DNA from: Candidatus Omnitrophota bacterium
GTDB taxonomy: Bacteria; Omnitrophota; Gorgyraeia; Aquiviventales; Aquiviventaceae
DNA: 64,000 nt
Direction: 5' to 3'
NCBI GenBank assembly: GCA_016206685.1
Contig: JACQRB010000014.1
Location: 9,152-73,151 of the forward strand
The notes under the pieces are model-generated. The model saw nothing but the letters and a program-made list of their open reading frames with translations, was not told the origin of the DNA and ran no database searches. Positions 35,300 through 44,400 of this stretch are shown here, one piece after another. Positions within the stretch are counted from its first letter, which is position 1; the number at the start of each line of letters is the position of its first letter. Position numbers and translations under genes: made by a program.

Positions 35300-35636
35300 G
35301 CGCGGGCAAAGTCTGGTGGAATACGCCGTCTCCCTGGCGGTCATCATCGCCGCGCTCCTCGCCGTCCAGATCTACCTCAAACGGGGCGTGGCGGGCAAGC
35401 TGCGCACCGCCGCGGATTCCATCGGGGAGCAGTACGCCCCCCGGCAGACCACCTCCAGCCTCATCTTCCAGACCCACAGCGACACCGTCACCGAGTCCAA
35501 GCTGGAAAAGGACAAACTCATCGGGGGCGGCAAGAAGGCGGATGTCATGGTCACCACCACGACGATCAACGATGAGACGACGCAACGCACCGGCACGGAA
35601 ACCGTGGACTCCCTCGGCACCGACCTCTGGGACTAA
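35289..35636 (+). CDS. Flp-like pilin with extended C-terminal domain, paralog 7
   Basis: SD ggaggtgg precedes the start. MCAKRG is followed by QSLVEYAVSLAVIIAALLAVQIYLKRGVAGKLRTAADSIGEQY. Confidence 0.8.
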   Translation: MCAKRGQSLVEYAVSLAVIIAALLAVQIYLKRGVAGKLRTAADSIGEQYAPRQTTSSLIFQTHSDTVTESKLEKDKLIGGGKKADVMVTTTTINDETTQRTGTETVDSLGTDLWD

Positions 35637-35637
35637 C

Positions 35638-36660
35638 ATGACCAGCGACCAGCGACCAAATCACTTGGTCTCATGTCTCATGTCTCATGTCTCATGTCTT
35701 CGTGCCAACAAGGGTCAAGCCCTCCTTGAACTCGCCATCTTCGGCTCGCTCTTCATCCTGGTCCTCGGCGTGCTCCTGAACTATGGGCTCAACGCCGACT
35801 ACAGCCAGCGCGCCAAGATGGAAGCCTTTCGGCAAGCCCTCGCCCTGTCATCCGATTCGAACATCACCGGAGGCGGCTCGTACGCCCTGGCGAAAGATCG
35901 CTACATCCCCAACCCCTCCAACCCCTTCGCCCTCGGCTCGGACATTCCGGTGTCTGAGTCAGGCAGCGTCATTCGTGATTTCCGGTTGGACGAAACCGCG
36001 GATACGGTCAGTGAGCTGCCGCGCGTCAACATCACGGTGAACGGAGAGCCGTTTGATTGCCCCAGCGCGGGCACCGGCTGCACGACAGCCGGCTTTCGCA
36101 CCGAGCCGCTGACCGGCTCCCTGGACCGCTACCAGGAGGTCTACGGCAGCTCCAACGTCAACGGCGGCGGCGACACCGTCACGGTCATTGATTCCTGCGA
36201 GGGCGAGGTCGTCAGCTTTGAGAGCTGCGTGCGCCAGGCGCGGATGATCGTGGATTCCGACGCCTGCACCGCCGAGTGCAAGCGGGGGAAGTTCGAGGGC
36301 AGCGACGACTGCGCCTCGACCTGTGCTGCGCCCATGACCGTGCCGTGGTACGCCCAGGGCGCCGTCAAAGATACAAGCGGCAAATGGACGTTTCCGAACT
36401 TGAATACGCTCTTTACCGGCATCACGACGACGGGACTGCAGCGCGGCTCGAGCCGCCACACCACGATGGCAAGCACCTTGCACAAGCAGGAAACCGCCTC
36501 AGCCGTCAGCACCACCGACTCGGTCAACTGGCGCGATGACGTCACCCGCAAAGTCGTGTATAAACCACTTGGCGACACAAGCGGAACCCCCGTGACGCAG
36601 TCGGTCACCACCACGCCTAAAGATGAGCAGAACAGCACGACCTGGACAACCCCCTGGTAA
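35638..36660 (+). CDS. TadE-like pseudopilin with Cys-rich C-terminal domain
   Basis: ...RANKG is followed by QALLELAIFGSLFILVLGVLLNYGLNADYSQRAKMEAFRQA, a TadE/G-like N-terminus. The 5' end is built from two heptamer tracts (35640-35702). The C-terminal half has at least 8 Cys. Confidence 0.7.
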   Translation: MTSDQRPNHLVSCLMSHVSCLRANKGQALLELAIFGSLFILVLGVLLNYGLNADYSQRAKMEAFRQALALSSDSNITGGGSYALAKDRYIPNPSNPFALGSDIPVSESGSVIRDFRLDETADTVSELPRVNITVNGEPFDCPSAGTGCTTAGFRTEPLTGSLDRYQEVYGSSNVNGGGDTVTVIDSCEGEVVSFESCVRQARMIVDSDACTAECKRGKFEGSDDCASTCAAPMTVPWYAQGAVKDTSGKWTFPNLNTLFTGITTTGLQRGSSRHTTMASTLHKQETASAVSTTDSVNWRDDVTRKVVYKPLGDTSGTPVTQSVTTTPKDEQNSTTWTTPW

Positions 36661-36664
36661 CCCA

Positions 36665-36925
36665 ATGCGGAACTTAGCTCGGACACTCCGCACTCCACAC
36701 TCCGCACTCCGCATGCGGAGGGGTCAAGCATCGCTGGAAATGACCGTCGCGCTCATCGGGGCGCTTCTTTTGTTGTTCGGTAGCTTAAAAGTTTTCTTAT
36801 GGATCAATGAACGGCTGGTGAAGCGACAGGTCAGCTATGAAGACACGCGGGTAGCCGCTGGGAGTCAGGATTCCCTGAAGCTGTGGGAGGAACCCACGGA
36901 GCCGCTCAAGATCTTCAATGAGTGA
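36665..36925 (+). CDS. Small TadE-like pseudopilin
   Basis: ...MRRG is followed by QASLEMTVALIGALLLLFGSLKVFLWINERL. The leader is encoded by the heptamer module at 36665-36719. The start is 36665 or 36713. Confidence 0.65.
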   Translation: MRNLARTLRTPHSALRMRRGQASLEMTVALIGALLLLFGSLKVFLWINERLVKRQVSYEDTRVAAGSQDSLKLWEEPTEPLKIFNE

Positions 36926-36931
36926 CGCAAC

Positions 36932-39040
36932 ATGATCCGTCTTCTCAGGAAGCTGCTTTCTGTTGCGAATCTGAGGCGCAAGCGGGCGCAGGCGCGAGGA
37001 CAGATTGCGACCGTCCTCCTGCTGGCGATCGTCGCGGTGTTGCTCTTCACCCTCATGACTGCCAACCTCGGGCAGGTGTCGCTCGTCGCCACCAACGCCG
37101 CCAACGCCTCCGACTCCGCCAGCCTCTATCTTGCCAGCCAGCTCTCGACCAAGTCCCACCAGTTGTGGGAATCGCTGGGGCATAAGACCCAGAAGTGCCA
37201 GAAGAAAGGCTTCTTCGGATCGCTCTTTGCCATCATCTTTGCCATCGTCATGATCGTCCTTCAGCAGTATGAGTTCCTCCCGGTAGCGTTCGCCCCTACC
37301 ACTACAGGTGCTATTGCCGCAGCGTTTGGCTCTACCACAGCTCCAATAGTCGCTGCGGGTGCCATAGGAGGTTTCGTCGGTGGCGCAATTGGAGGTGCCG
37401 TCACCGGCACCAATCCGTTGATCGGCGCCTTGCAAGGCGCCTTGATTGGCGCCTCGATTGGCTTTGGGGTAGGCTCAGCGCAGAACCTTGCTGCCAGTTT
37501 TGCGAGTTCCGCAGGAACGAAAGCAGGGGCTGCCGCTGCGGCCGTCGGAACAGGGAGCGAGTTTGAGATCGCGTTGGCCTTCGCGAAGGAGTTTAACGCA
37601 TTCATGGCCTCCTACGCTGCACCCTTTGCCATCGGTGGTGGCGCCTTCTCTGCCGGCACGAGCCTCTTCAACTCGGTCATGTCGGATCTGGCGAAGTCGG
37701 ATGCCATCGCGGCGGCTGCCAAAGCCTTGAGCGGGCTGCCGGAGACATTGCGCATCCAGCAGGGCGTCATCTTCCGCGCGCTGTCCGAGACCGTGGATGA
37801 CCCGACGAAAGTCCAGGATGTCCATGACGCGGATGGCGACGGTGACACCCAGGAGCAGATTCCCCGATTCCTCTCATGGTGGGATCAACGGGTGAAAGCC
37901 TTAAAAGACAACATCCCCACGATGGCGGACACCGTCAGCCAGTTTGTCAACGGTCCGATGACGACCTTTCACGACGCCGCGGAGGCGACCTATAAGAAAC
38001 CTCCTGATCCAGGCATGTTCGCCAGGCAGGAGGTGGAGGGCAGCGGGATGGAGGGCAGCGACGGAGAGCTGGTGGACCTGGCGCGCCGTCTTGAAAATGC
38101 CGGCCACCCGATCTCCTTCTGGGCGCCCGGACCGACCGCGGCGCAGATTGACGACTCCGAGTGCGAGGAATCCGCCTGCGACGCAGCCCCCCTGCCCCCC
38201 GGCTGGGATGAGGTGGACGAGACCATCGAGCGCCTCCAACAGCTTGCAGGGACCGGCGGAGCAACCGACGAAGACAAAGGCATGATTGACAACCTCAAAG
38301 ATCAGACCGTCACCCACAACACCGCGACCTGGGAGTCCTGGTCCAAGCTGTTCTATGACCCCGATCCCCAGGAGACCGATGACTTCTATGACGAAGCTGC
38401 TGTGCTAGTCAACGGCGGCGTCTTCGAAGGGGAGTCGTTCAAGGGGATCAAAGCGTGGAAGGAGGAGCTGCAGAGCGTGAAGGTGTCGCTGCCCCAATGC
38501 CAGCCCCAGTACGACGAGGAGGACGACCAGCTCATCGGCGTGTCCAACCCGCCCTGCCAGGATCTCGCGGGGAGCCTCCTGGGTGAGCCCTTTGCGACGT
38601 CCGACGCGGATTTCGCCGACGAGTTCGTCCCTGTGGAAACCAAGCTGAATCAACTGGTTTCGGACATCGAGAGCTTCCGCCCGGCGTCCAAAGATTTCGT
38701 GACCACCATGACAACGCTCTCCGAGGGGATCACGACGGACTTCGGTGGCAAGAACCCCGCCGGCTACGCGTGGAGCGATTCGCGCGGGGACCTGTCGGTT
38801 GAGGTCGAGGTGGGACCCTTCAAGGTCGCCCGGACGAAGAAGAAATCCAGCTTCAAGAAAATCTGCATCGTCCTGAAAGACTACGCCGACGACGGCTCGC
38901 GAAGCTGGGTGAAGATCACCCGGCAGGACCCGGTGCGGGATGCGGGGTTCTGGCGCTGGAACGACTACGGCGGCAAGACGGCCAAGCTCTCGCGCTCGGC
39001 GTACAGTTTTAACTTCGTGAAGATTGCCGGGACGCAGTGA
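36932..39040 (+). CDS. TadG-like large pseudopilin / pilus-associated protein (702 aa)
   Basis: The N-terminus RGQIATVLLLAIVAVLLFTLMTANLGQVSLVATNAANASDSASL resembles the TadG N-terminal (Tad_N) motif. A Gly/Ala-rich hydrophobic block and then an acidic globular region follow. Confidence 0.65.
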   Translation: MIRLLRKLLSVANLRRKRAQARGQIATVLLLAIVAVLLFTLMTANLGQVSLVATNAANASDSASLYLASQLSTKSHQLWESLGHKTQKCQKKGFFGSLFAIIFAIVMIVLQQYEFLPVAFAPTTTGAIAAAFGSTTAPIVAAGAIGGFVGGAIGGAVTGTNPLIGALQGALIGASIGFGVGSAQNLAASFASSAGTKAGAAAAAVGTGSEFEIALAFAKEFNAFMASYAAPFAIGGGAFSAGTSLFNSVMSDLAKSDAIAAAAKALSGLPETLRIQQGVIFRALSETVDDPTKVQDVHDADGDGDTQEQIPRFLSWWDQRVKALKDNIPTMADTVSQFVNGPMTTFHDAAEATYKKPPDPGMFARQEVEGSGMEGSDGELVDLARRLENAGHPISFWAPGPTAAQIDDSECEESACDAAPLPPGWDEVDETIERLQQLAGTGGATDEDKGMIDNLKDQTVTHNTATWESWSKLFYDPDPQETDDFYDEAAVLVNGGVFEGESFKGIKAWKEELQSVKVSLPQCQPQYDEEDDQLIGVSNPPCQDLAGSLLGEPFATSDADFADEFVPVETKLNQLVSDIESFRPASKDFVTTMTTLSEGITTDFGGKNPAGYAWSDSRGDLSVEVEVGPFKVARTKKKSSFKKICIVLKDYADDGSRSWVKITRQDPVRDAGFWRWNDYGGKTAKLSRSAYSFNFVKIAGTQ

Positions 39041-39042
39041 CC

Positions 39043-39483
39043 ATGCGCATAGATTCGCCTGAGCTCAAGTATATCGCAGTGACGCTGCTCGTCGTGGTCG
39101 CGCTGATTGGCGCGCTGCGCCTGACCAGGAGCGACGTCGCCCGCTGCCGGGAGGTCTTCCAGGACTTGGCGCGGGGAAAGCGCTCGGTGCAGCAGCGCAT
39201 TGACTGGGGGCAGCTCCACGCCATAGGGGTCAACGTGGGCGCCACCTATGCGGGTCTGCCGGATGAAGGGGCGAGGGTGACCTATCGGCGGCTCTTCGTC
39301 GAGCATTTCTCCAAGGGATTCCTGCAGACGGGGGCGAGGCTCGATGAGTTTGTGCGCTGGCGCGTCCACGAGCGGACACCCGAGCAGGTGGTGGTCGCGG
39401 CGGACTATCCGGCGAAGCAGAAGACGCTGCTGCTGACGATGGCTGTTTCAGGGAAGAAGCTCGAGGGCATCCAATGGCAATGA
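39043..39483 (+). CDS. Hypothetical single-TM protein in the pilus operon
   Basis: ORF with N-terminal TM (YIAVTLLVVVALIGAL), tightly packed between the TadG-like gene and a pilin gene. I recognise no family. Confidence 0.5.
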   Translation: MRIDSPELKYIAVTLLVVVALIGALRLTRSDVARCREVFQDLARGKRSVQQRIDWGQLHAIGVNVGATYAGLPDEGARVTYRRLFVEHFSKGFLQTGARLDEFVRWRVHERTPEQVVVAADYPAKQKTLLLTMAVSGKKLEGIQWQ

Positions 39484-39662
39484 CCCAGCGGGGGGGTCAA
39501 ACGGCAGTGGAATACGCCGTCTTGATCGTGGTCGTCGTGGCGGCGCTGCTGGCGATGGCGGTGTACGCCAAGCGCGCGCTGACGGGGAAATGGCGCGAGG
39601 TCGGCGACACCTTCGGCTACGGCCGCCAGTATGAACCGGGTGCAACAGCAGTGAGTCAGTGA
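39474..39662 (+). CDS. Flp-like pilin, paralog 8
   Basis: MAMTQRGG is followed by QTAVEYAVLIVVVVAALLAMAVYAKRALTGKWREVGDTFGYGRQY. Confidence 0.8.
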   Translation: MAMTQRGGQTAVEYAVLIVVVVAALLAMAVYAKRALTGKWREVGDTFGYGRQYEPGATAVSQ

Positions 39663-40543
39663 TGATAAACCTGATGCTCGAGTGGCTGATCTATCTCTTG
39701 GCGATGGGGGCGGTCATCTGCGCCGCGTTCATCGCGTATCCGCTCATCATGCGCGCCCTGACCCGTTCCGCCAGCCGGATTGAGCAGTTCCAGCAGGGCA
39801 AGGTGGAGCAAGCCACCAAGGCGCTGGATGACATCTTTGTCGAGGTCAAGCCCCGGTGGCTGGCGCTCGCCTACGGCGTGGGACCCGTGACGGCGGGACT
39901 GCTGGTGTTTGTCCTGACGGACAACATGCTCTTTGCGCTGCTCGGGGCGGTGGTCGGCGTGATTCTTCCGGACGTCTGGGTCAGGCAGACGCGCGCGATC
40001 CGCAAGCGCACCTTCCGCGCGCAGCTCGTGGATGCGCTCTTCATCCTCTCCAGCAGCCTGCGGGCCGGGCTCTCCCTGACGCAGGCGTTTGAGCAGTTGG
40101 AATCGGAGATGAGCCCGCCGGCATCGCAGGAGTTCGGCCTGATGATGAAAGCCCACCGGCTCGGGCGCACGCTGGACGAATCGCTCCAGCGGTTGAACCA
40201 GCGCATCCCCTGTGAGGAGCTGGAGCTGATGACGACCGCGCTGCTCGTCGCGCGGGAAACCGGCGGCGATGTCACCGGCATCATCGGCCAGCTCATCGCC
40301 ACCATCCGGGAGCGCAAGAAGCTCAGCGAGAAGGTGGTCACCCTGACCCTGCAGGGACGGCTGCAGGCCTACATCATGAGCTCGGTGCCGCTGGCGTTCT
40401 TTTTCTTCGTGCGCGCCTTCAACCCGCGGTACTTCGAGCTGCTCCTTGTCAGCGAGACTGGCAAGACCATCCTGGCAACGGCAATCGGGTTGTGGCTGGT
40501 GGGGATCTTCCTCCTGTTCCGGTTCAGCCGAGCGGAGGTCTGA
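39659..40543 (+). CDS. tadB: TadB-type inner-membrane platform protein (T2SSF domain)
   Basis: TM segments flank a cytoplasmic T2SSF-like domain (FRAQLVDALFILSSSLRAGLSLTQAFEQL...). Confidence 0.8.
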   Translation: MMINLMLEWLIYLLAMGAVICAAFIAYPLIMRALTRSASRIEQFQQGKVEQATKALDDIFVEVKPRWLALAYGVGPVTAGLLVFVLTDNMLFALLGAVVGVILPDVWVRQTRAIRKRTFRAQLVDALFILSSSLRAGLSLTQAFEQLESEMSPPASQEFGLMMKAHRLGRTLDESLQRLNQRIPCEELELMTTALLVARETGGDVTGIIGQLIATIRERKKLSEKVVTLTLQGRLQAYIMSSVPLAFFFFVRAFNPRYFELLLVSETGKTILATAIGLWLVGIFLLFRFSRAEV

Positions 40544-40547
40544 GGCG

Positions 40548-41441
40548 ATGGTGACGGTGATCTACCTGGCGATGTTCCTGTGTGTGGCGGGGGTGGCGGT
40601 GGCGTTGCTGCCGCAGCCGCAGGTGGATTTTCCCCGGTTGACCGAAGGACAGTTGCCGCCCAGCCGCCCGCTGGAGGCCCCGTTGATGGGCGCCCGCCGC
40701 GGATTCCTGCGGGCCCTCCTGTCGCTCGTGGGGCGGTTGGTGCCGTGGATTCGAAAGCGCGAGGAACGCCGGGGGCAGCTCGTGGATACCGCCTCGAACC
40801 TCACGACGGAAGAGTTTGAAGGCATCAAGGTCCTCGCGGCAGGCGGCGGAGCGTTGCTGGCGATGGTGATTCTTCAGGAGCTCCGAGAGGTGACGCCGCT
40901 GTGGGTGATGGCGGCGGCGGTCCTGGGGTTCGTGATGCCGGATGCCTGGCTGCGCGCCCGGCTGGCGCGGCGGCACAAGGCGATGATGAGGCTGCTGCCG
41001 GAGATCATTGACATCCTGGCGTTGTGCGTGGGCGCGGGGCTGGATTTTCTCGGGGCGCTCAACAAAGTCGTGGCGGTCAAGGATTGGAAGCGCGAGCCGC
41101 TGAGCGAGGAGCTCGCTGCGGTCTTACAGGACATCAAGCTGGGCAAGCGGCGGGGGGAAGCCTTGCGGGCGATGGCCAAGCGGGTCAAGATGCCCGAGAT
41201 GACGTCCTTTGTCCGCACGCTGATCCAGGCGGACCGCATGGGCACCCCCATCGGGGAAGCCCTGGCCATTCATGCCGAGGACCTGCGGTTCCAGCGGTTC
41301 ACCAAAGCCGAGCGGCTGGCGCTCAAAGCGCCTATCAAGATTCTCATCCCGCTCATCTTCTGCATCCTGCCTAGCGTGGCGTTGATCGTGGGCGCGCCCA
41401 TCTTCATGCAGTTCGTGCAGCAAAACCCCTTCGGGAGATGA
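40548..41441 (+). CDS. tadC: TadC-type inner-membrane platform protein (T2SSF domain)
   Basis: Contains LPEIIDILALCVGAGLDFLGALNKVV...GKRRGEALRAMAKRV and a C-terminal TM pair. The start is ATG 40548. Confidence 0.8.
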   Translation: MVTVIYLAMFLCVAGVAVALLPQPQVDFPRLTEGQLPPSRPLEAPLMGARRGFLRALLSLVGRLVPWIRKREERRGQLVDTASNLTTEEFEGIKVLAAGGGALLAMVILQELREVTPLWVMAAAVLGFVMPDAWLRARLARRHKAMMRLLPEIIDILALCVGAGLDFLGALNKVVAVKDWKREPLSEELAAVLQDIKLGKRRGEALRAMAKRVKMPEMTSFVRTLIQADRMGTPIGEALAIHAEDLRFQRFTKAERLALKAPIKILIPLIFCILPSVALIVGAPIFMQFVQQNPFGR

Positions 41442-41456
41442 GGGTGTTGGTGAGCG

Positions 41457-44400
41457 ATGCGCATTGACCGCTGGCTCCAACTGAAACGCACGAAGGCGTT
41501 CTGCATCAGCCTGGCGATGCTCTTCGCCGCGGAGCAGTGCGTCTGGGGCGCGGACCTCAACCTGCTCCACACCCTGCAGCTCTCCGGCGAGCAGCAGCGC
41601 CAGCTCGACCAGGCGCTCTCTGCCGCGGTCCTGACCATCTACCAAGACCTCTACAGCCGCGAACCCTCTTCCGAAGAGCTGCGTGAGGCGCTGGAGTTCC
41701 TGCGCCGCTCGCCCCAACTGGCTCACTTGGTGGAACGGCTCAGCCAATCCCCGGAATCCCGCTGGAGACTCCGCCAGCTCAACCCCGAGCGGATCAAGCA
41801 GCGCAAGGCGGAAGCCGCCCAGATTTCGCAAGCCGTCAGCCGCACCGTCGGCGGCTTCCTCCGCGACGTATTGCACTCATCACTCATCACTCATCACTCA
41901 TTACTGGTCATTACACCCACCCTCACCCTCCAACCTGCCCCGATAGTTCTGGCACAACTTGACGAGCCGGCAATTCAGTCCATCGAATCCTGGCTCCGCC
42001 AACCCGATACCCTGTGCGCCAACTGCGCCCCCAACGCCCTCGCTCCCTTACTGGGGATGGTCGGCGTGAACGTCTCCCGTGAGACCCTCACCGCCCAGGC
42101 GTTTCTCCTGGACTACCTCAGTGGGAATGCGGAATTCGGAATACTCCGCACTCCGCACTTCGAAGGTCCGTTGTTCATCAGCATGGATACCGTCCAACGC
42201 CTCGCCCAAGCGTACGGCTTGACGCTGAACGCCGTCGAGCTCACCAGCGACGAGCTCCTCCTGCTGAAGTACCCCATGATTGCCGCCCTGGACCTCACGC
42301 AGGACGGACAAGCCGACCACTACGTCGTCGTGCAGGACGCCAATGAGGCGCGGGTGGTCTACTACGAATCCGACGGCACGCGCGAATCCCTGCCCACGCA
42401 TGAGTTCCTACGGCTCTTCACCGGCTTTGCCCTCGTGGCCTCAGCCGACTCGTATGGGCGACTCTTGAATCAATCCCAAACGAGGACCATCGCTGGCGGA
42501 AGGTCCCGCCGGCAAGAGCTTCCGGACCTCGACAAACTCTTTGAGGAGCCCTCGCTTGGCGACACCTTGATGTCGGTCGGGATGAGCCTTGCCTCGGCGT
42601 ATTTTTCGCCGATGGGCTCCGGTGATTTCCTGTCGAATTTCGGCAGCTCGGCGCTGTACTCCCAAGTCAGCCAAGGCGCCACCCACCTCGCCGTCCGCAC
42701 CTTCGGCTGGAGTCCCGGGGCGGCTCAAATCTTCGGCTATGGCGTCACCGGCGCGTTGAGCGGAGCGACCACTGGCGCCTATCAGTCAAATTACCGGTGG
42801 AACAGCGACTCGTGGCTAGGGAGTACCATGGGGGGGTGGTTTGACATTCAGGCATATCCCATCTCCACAGGGGCAGCCATGGGAGCCCTCAAGGGTGCCG
42901 CGATCGGCGGGGGCTCGCTCCTCGCCTACGAAGCCCTCAAGGACACCAGCTTCTACGAGAGCAATCCCTTTGTGGCACGGCAGATGACGTCGCTGGTGGG
43001 AGGGGCAGGGGGCTACCTCGGCTTTTACGGTCTGACCTCGCTGGCCGGCATTGATCCCGCAATCACCGTTTCGAAAAGTTACGTCGATGCGCAACAGGAC
43101 TTCAAACTCGGGAACGCGACGCTGGCAAACCTCACCCTCATTCCGGAAGCCTTTGAAAAGCAGGGGGGCTATCAGGTGTGGGCCTCGCAGGCATTTGGGG
43201 GCGCTCTTGGCGGGTTGTACCTGGCATTCTCCGATCCTGCCTTCCAGACCAGCCTGGTGTCTCAGGGCATCGGGCTCGCCGCTGAGTACGCCGTACCCAA
43301 CTCCAGATATTCCCGCCTCTTGGGTCAAAGTGCTGGCTCCCTCGGCGCAGCCGCCTTGGGGTATGGAAGCGTCGGGTGGCCTGAGGTCCTCAGGGACGCG
43401 GCGATCTCCGGTCTCTCATCACTCGCCCTACAATCCCTGGGCGGCGGATTCGACCGCAACACGGGCAAGAACAACTGGGGGCTTACGCCCGTCCAGATGG
43501 CGGCGGTCGAGTATGCGGGGACCACCCTCCTGCGCGCGACATGGGACAGCGGCGCGGGATGGTACAGGGGGTCGAATGATGCTCTGTCGTCCACCTTCAC
43601 CGACTCCCTTGGTCGCAACCTCAGAAACCTCTCCCTGGACTATGCGACCTTCGGCAGGACCACCCCGGCTTGGACGCGCGGGGCAGGCGGCTGGGTGGAG
43701 GCGCAGTACATCGAGAAGCTCGCCCAGGTGTCCGGCATCGCCAACTTCAAAGCCAATGCCGACCACGCCATGCAAACCACCGGTCAGTCCTGGAATCAAT
43801 TCGTCAAAAGCGGTCGGCTGGATGACATCCTGCCCTCTCCGGCATTCTCCCTGGTGGACTATACGGCTTCCACCCTCCACTCCGCCGCCGTTGAGAACCT
43901 GGCGTTTCCGATGAGAGACTTTGCCTCACGGATGCTGCCGCAAACGCCGCCTCAGTCAATTCCCTTTAAGGATGGTACGATCGGCAAGCTCCAGGTCGCC
44001 GGAGCCACCTTCGGTCCTCCTGGAGGATCAGACCTCGTGGTGAACAGCTACGCGCTCTACAAAGACGGTCAGGAGCTTGGTCAGTATGTTGGAGTTGACC
44101 CGAAAACAGGCACGATCCGCGTCGCTGGCGACATCGAGGGCGATGCTGTTCAGTACTATGATGACCAGGGCAAGCTGACCGCAGCCATCACCGAGACGGG
44201 CATCCTGACGCCCCAGGTCGCCGGCGCGACCTTTCGTTCGCCAGTAGGGACTGACACCTTCACCGTTGACACCTACGAGCTCCGTGACTTCAGCGGCACC
44301 CCGTTGGGGCAGTTCATCGGCTTCGATGCCCAGGGCAAAGTCCGCGTCGCCGGTGACCTCGAAGGCGCCCAGGTGCGGTACTTCGATCAGGCTGGTCAGC

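Noticed and set aside
43051-43914. 287-aa + strand ORF (frame 1), along with other short + ORFs listed by the track between 41.6 and 62 kb.
   Set aside because: These are out-of-frame overlaps of the giant frame with P/R/S/W-rich junk translations. None is in the frame that stays open throughout.
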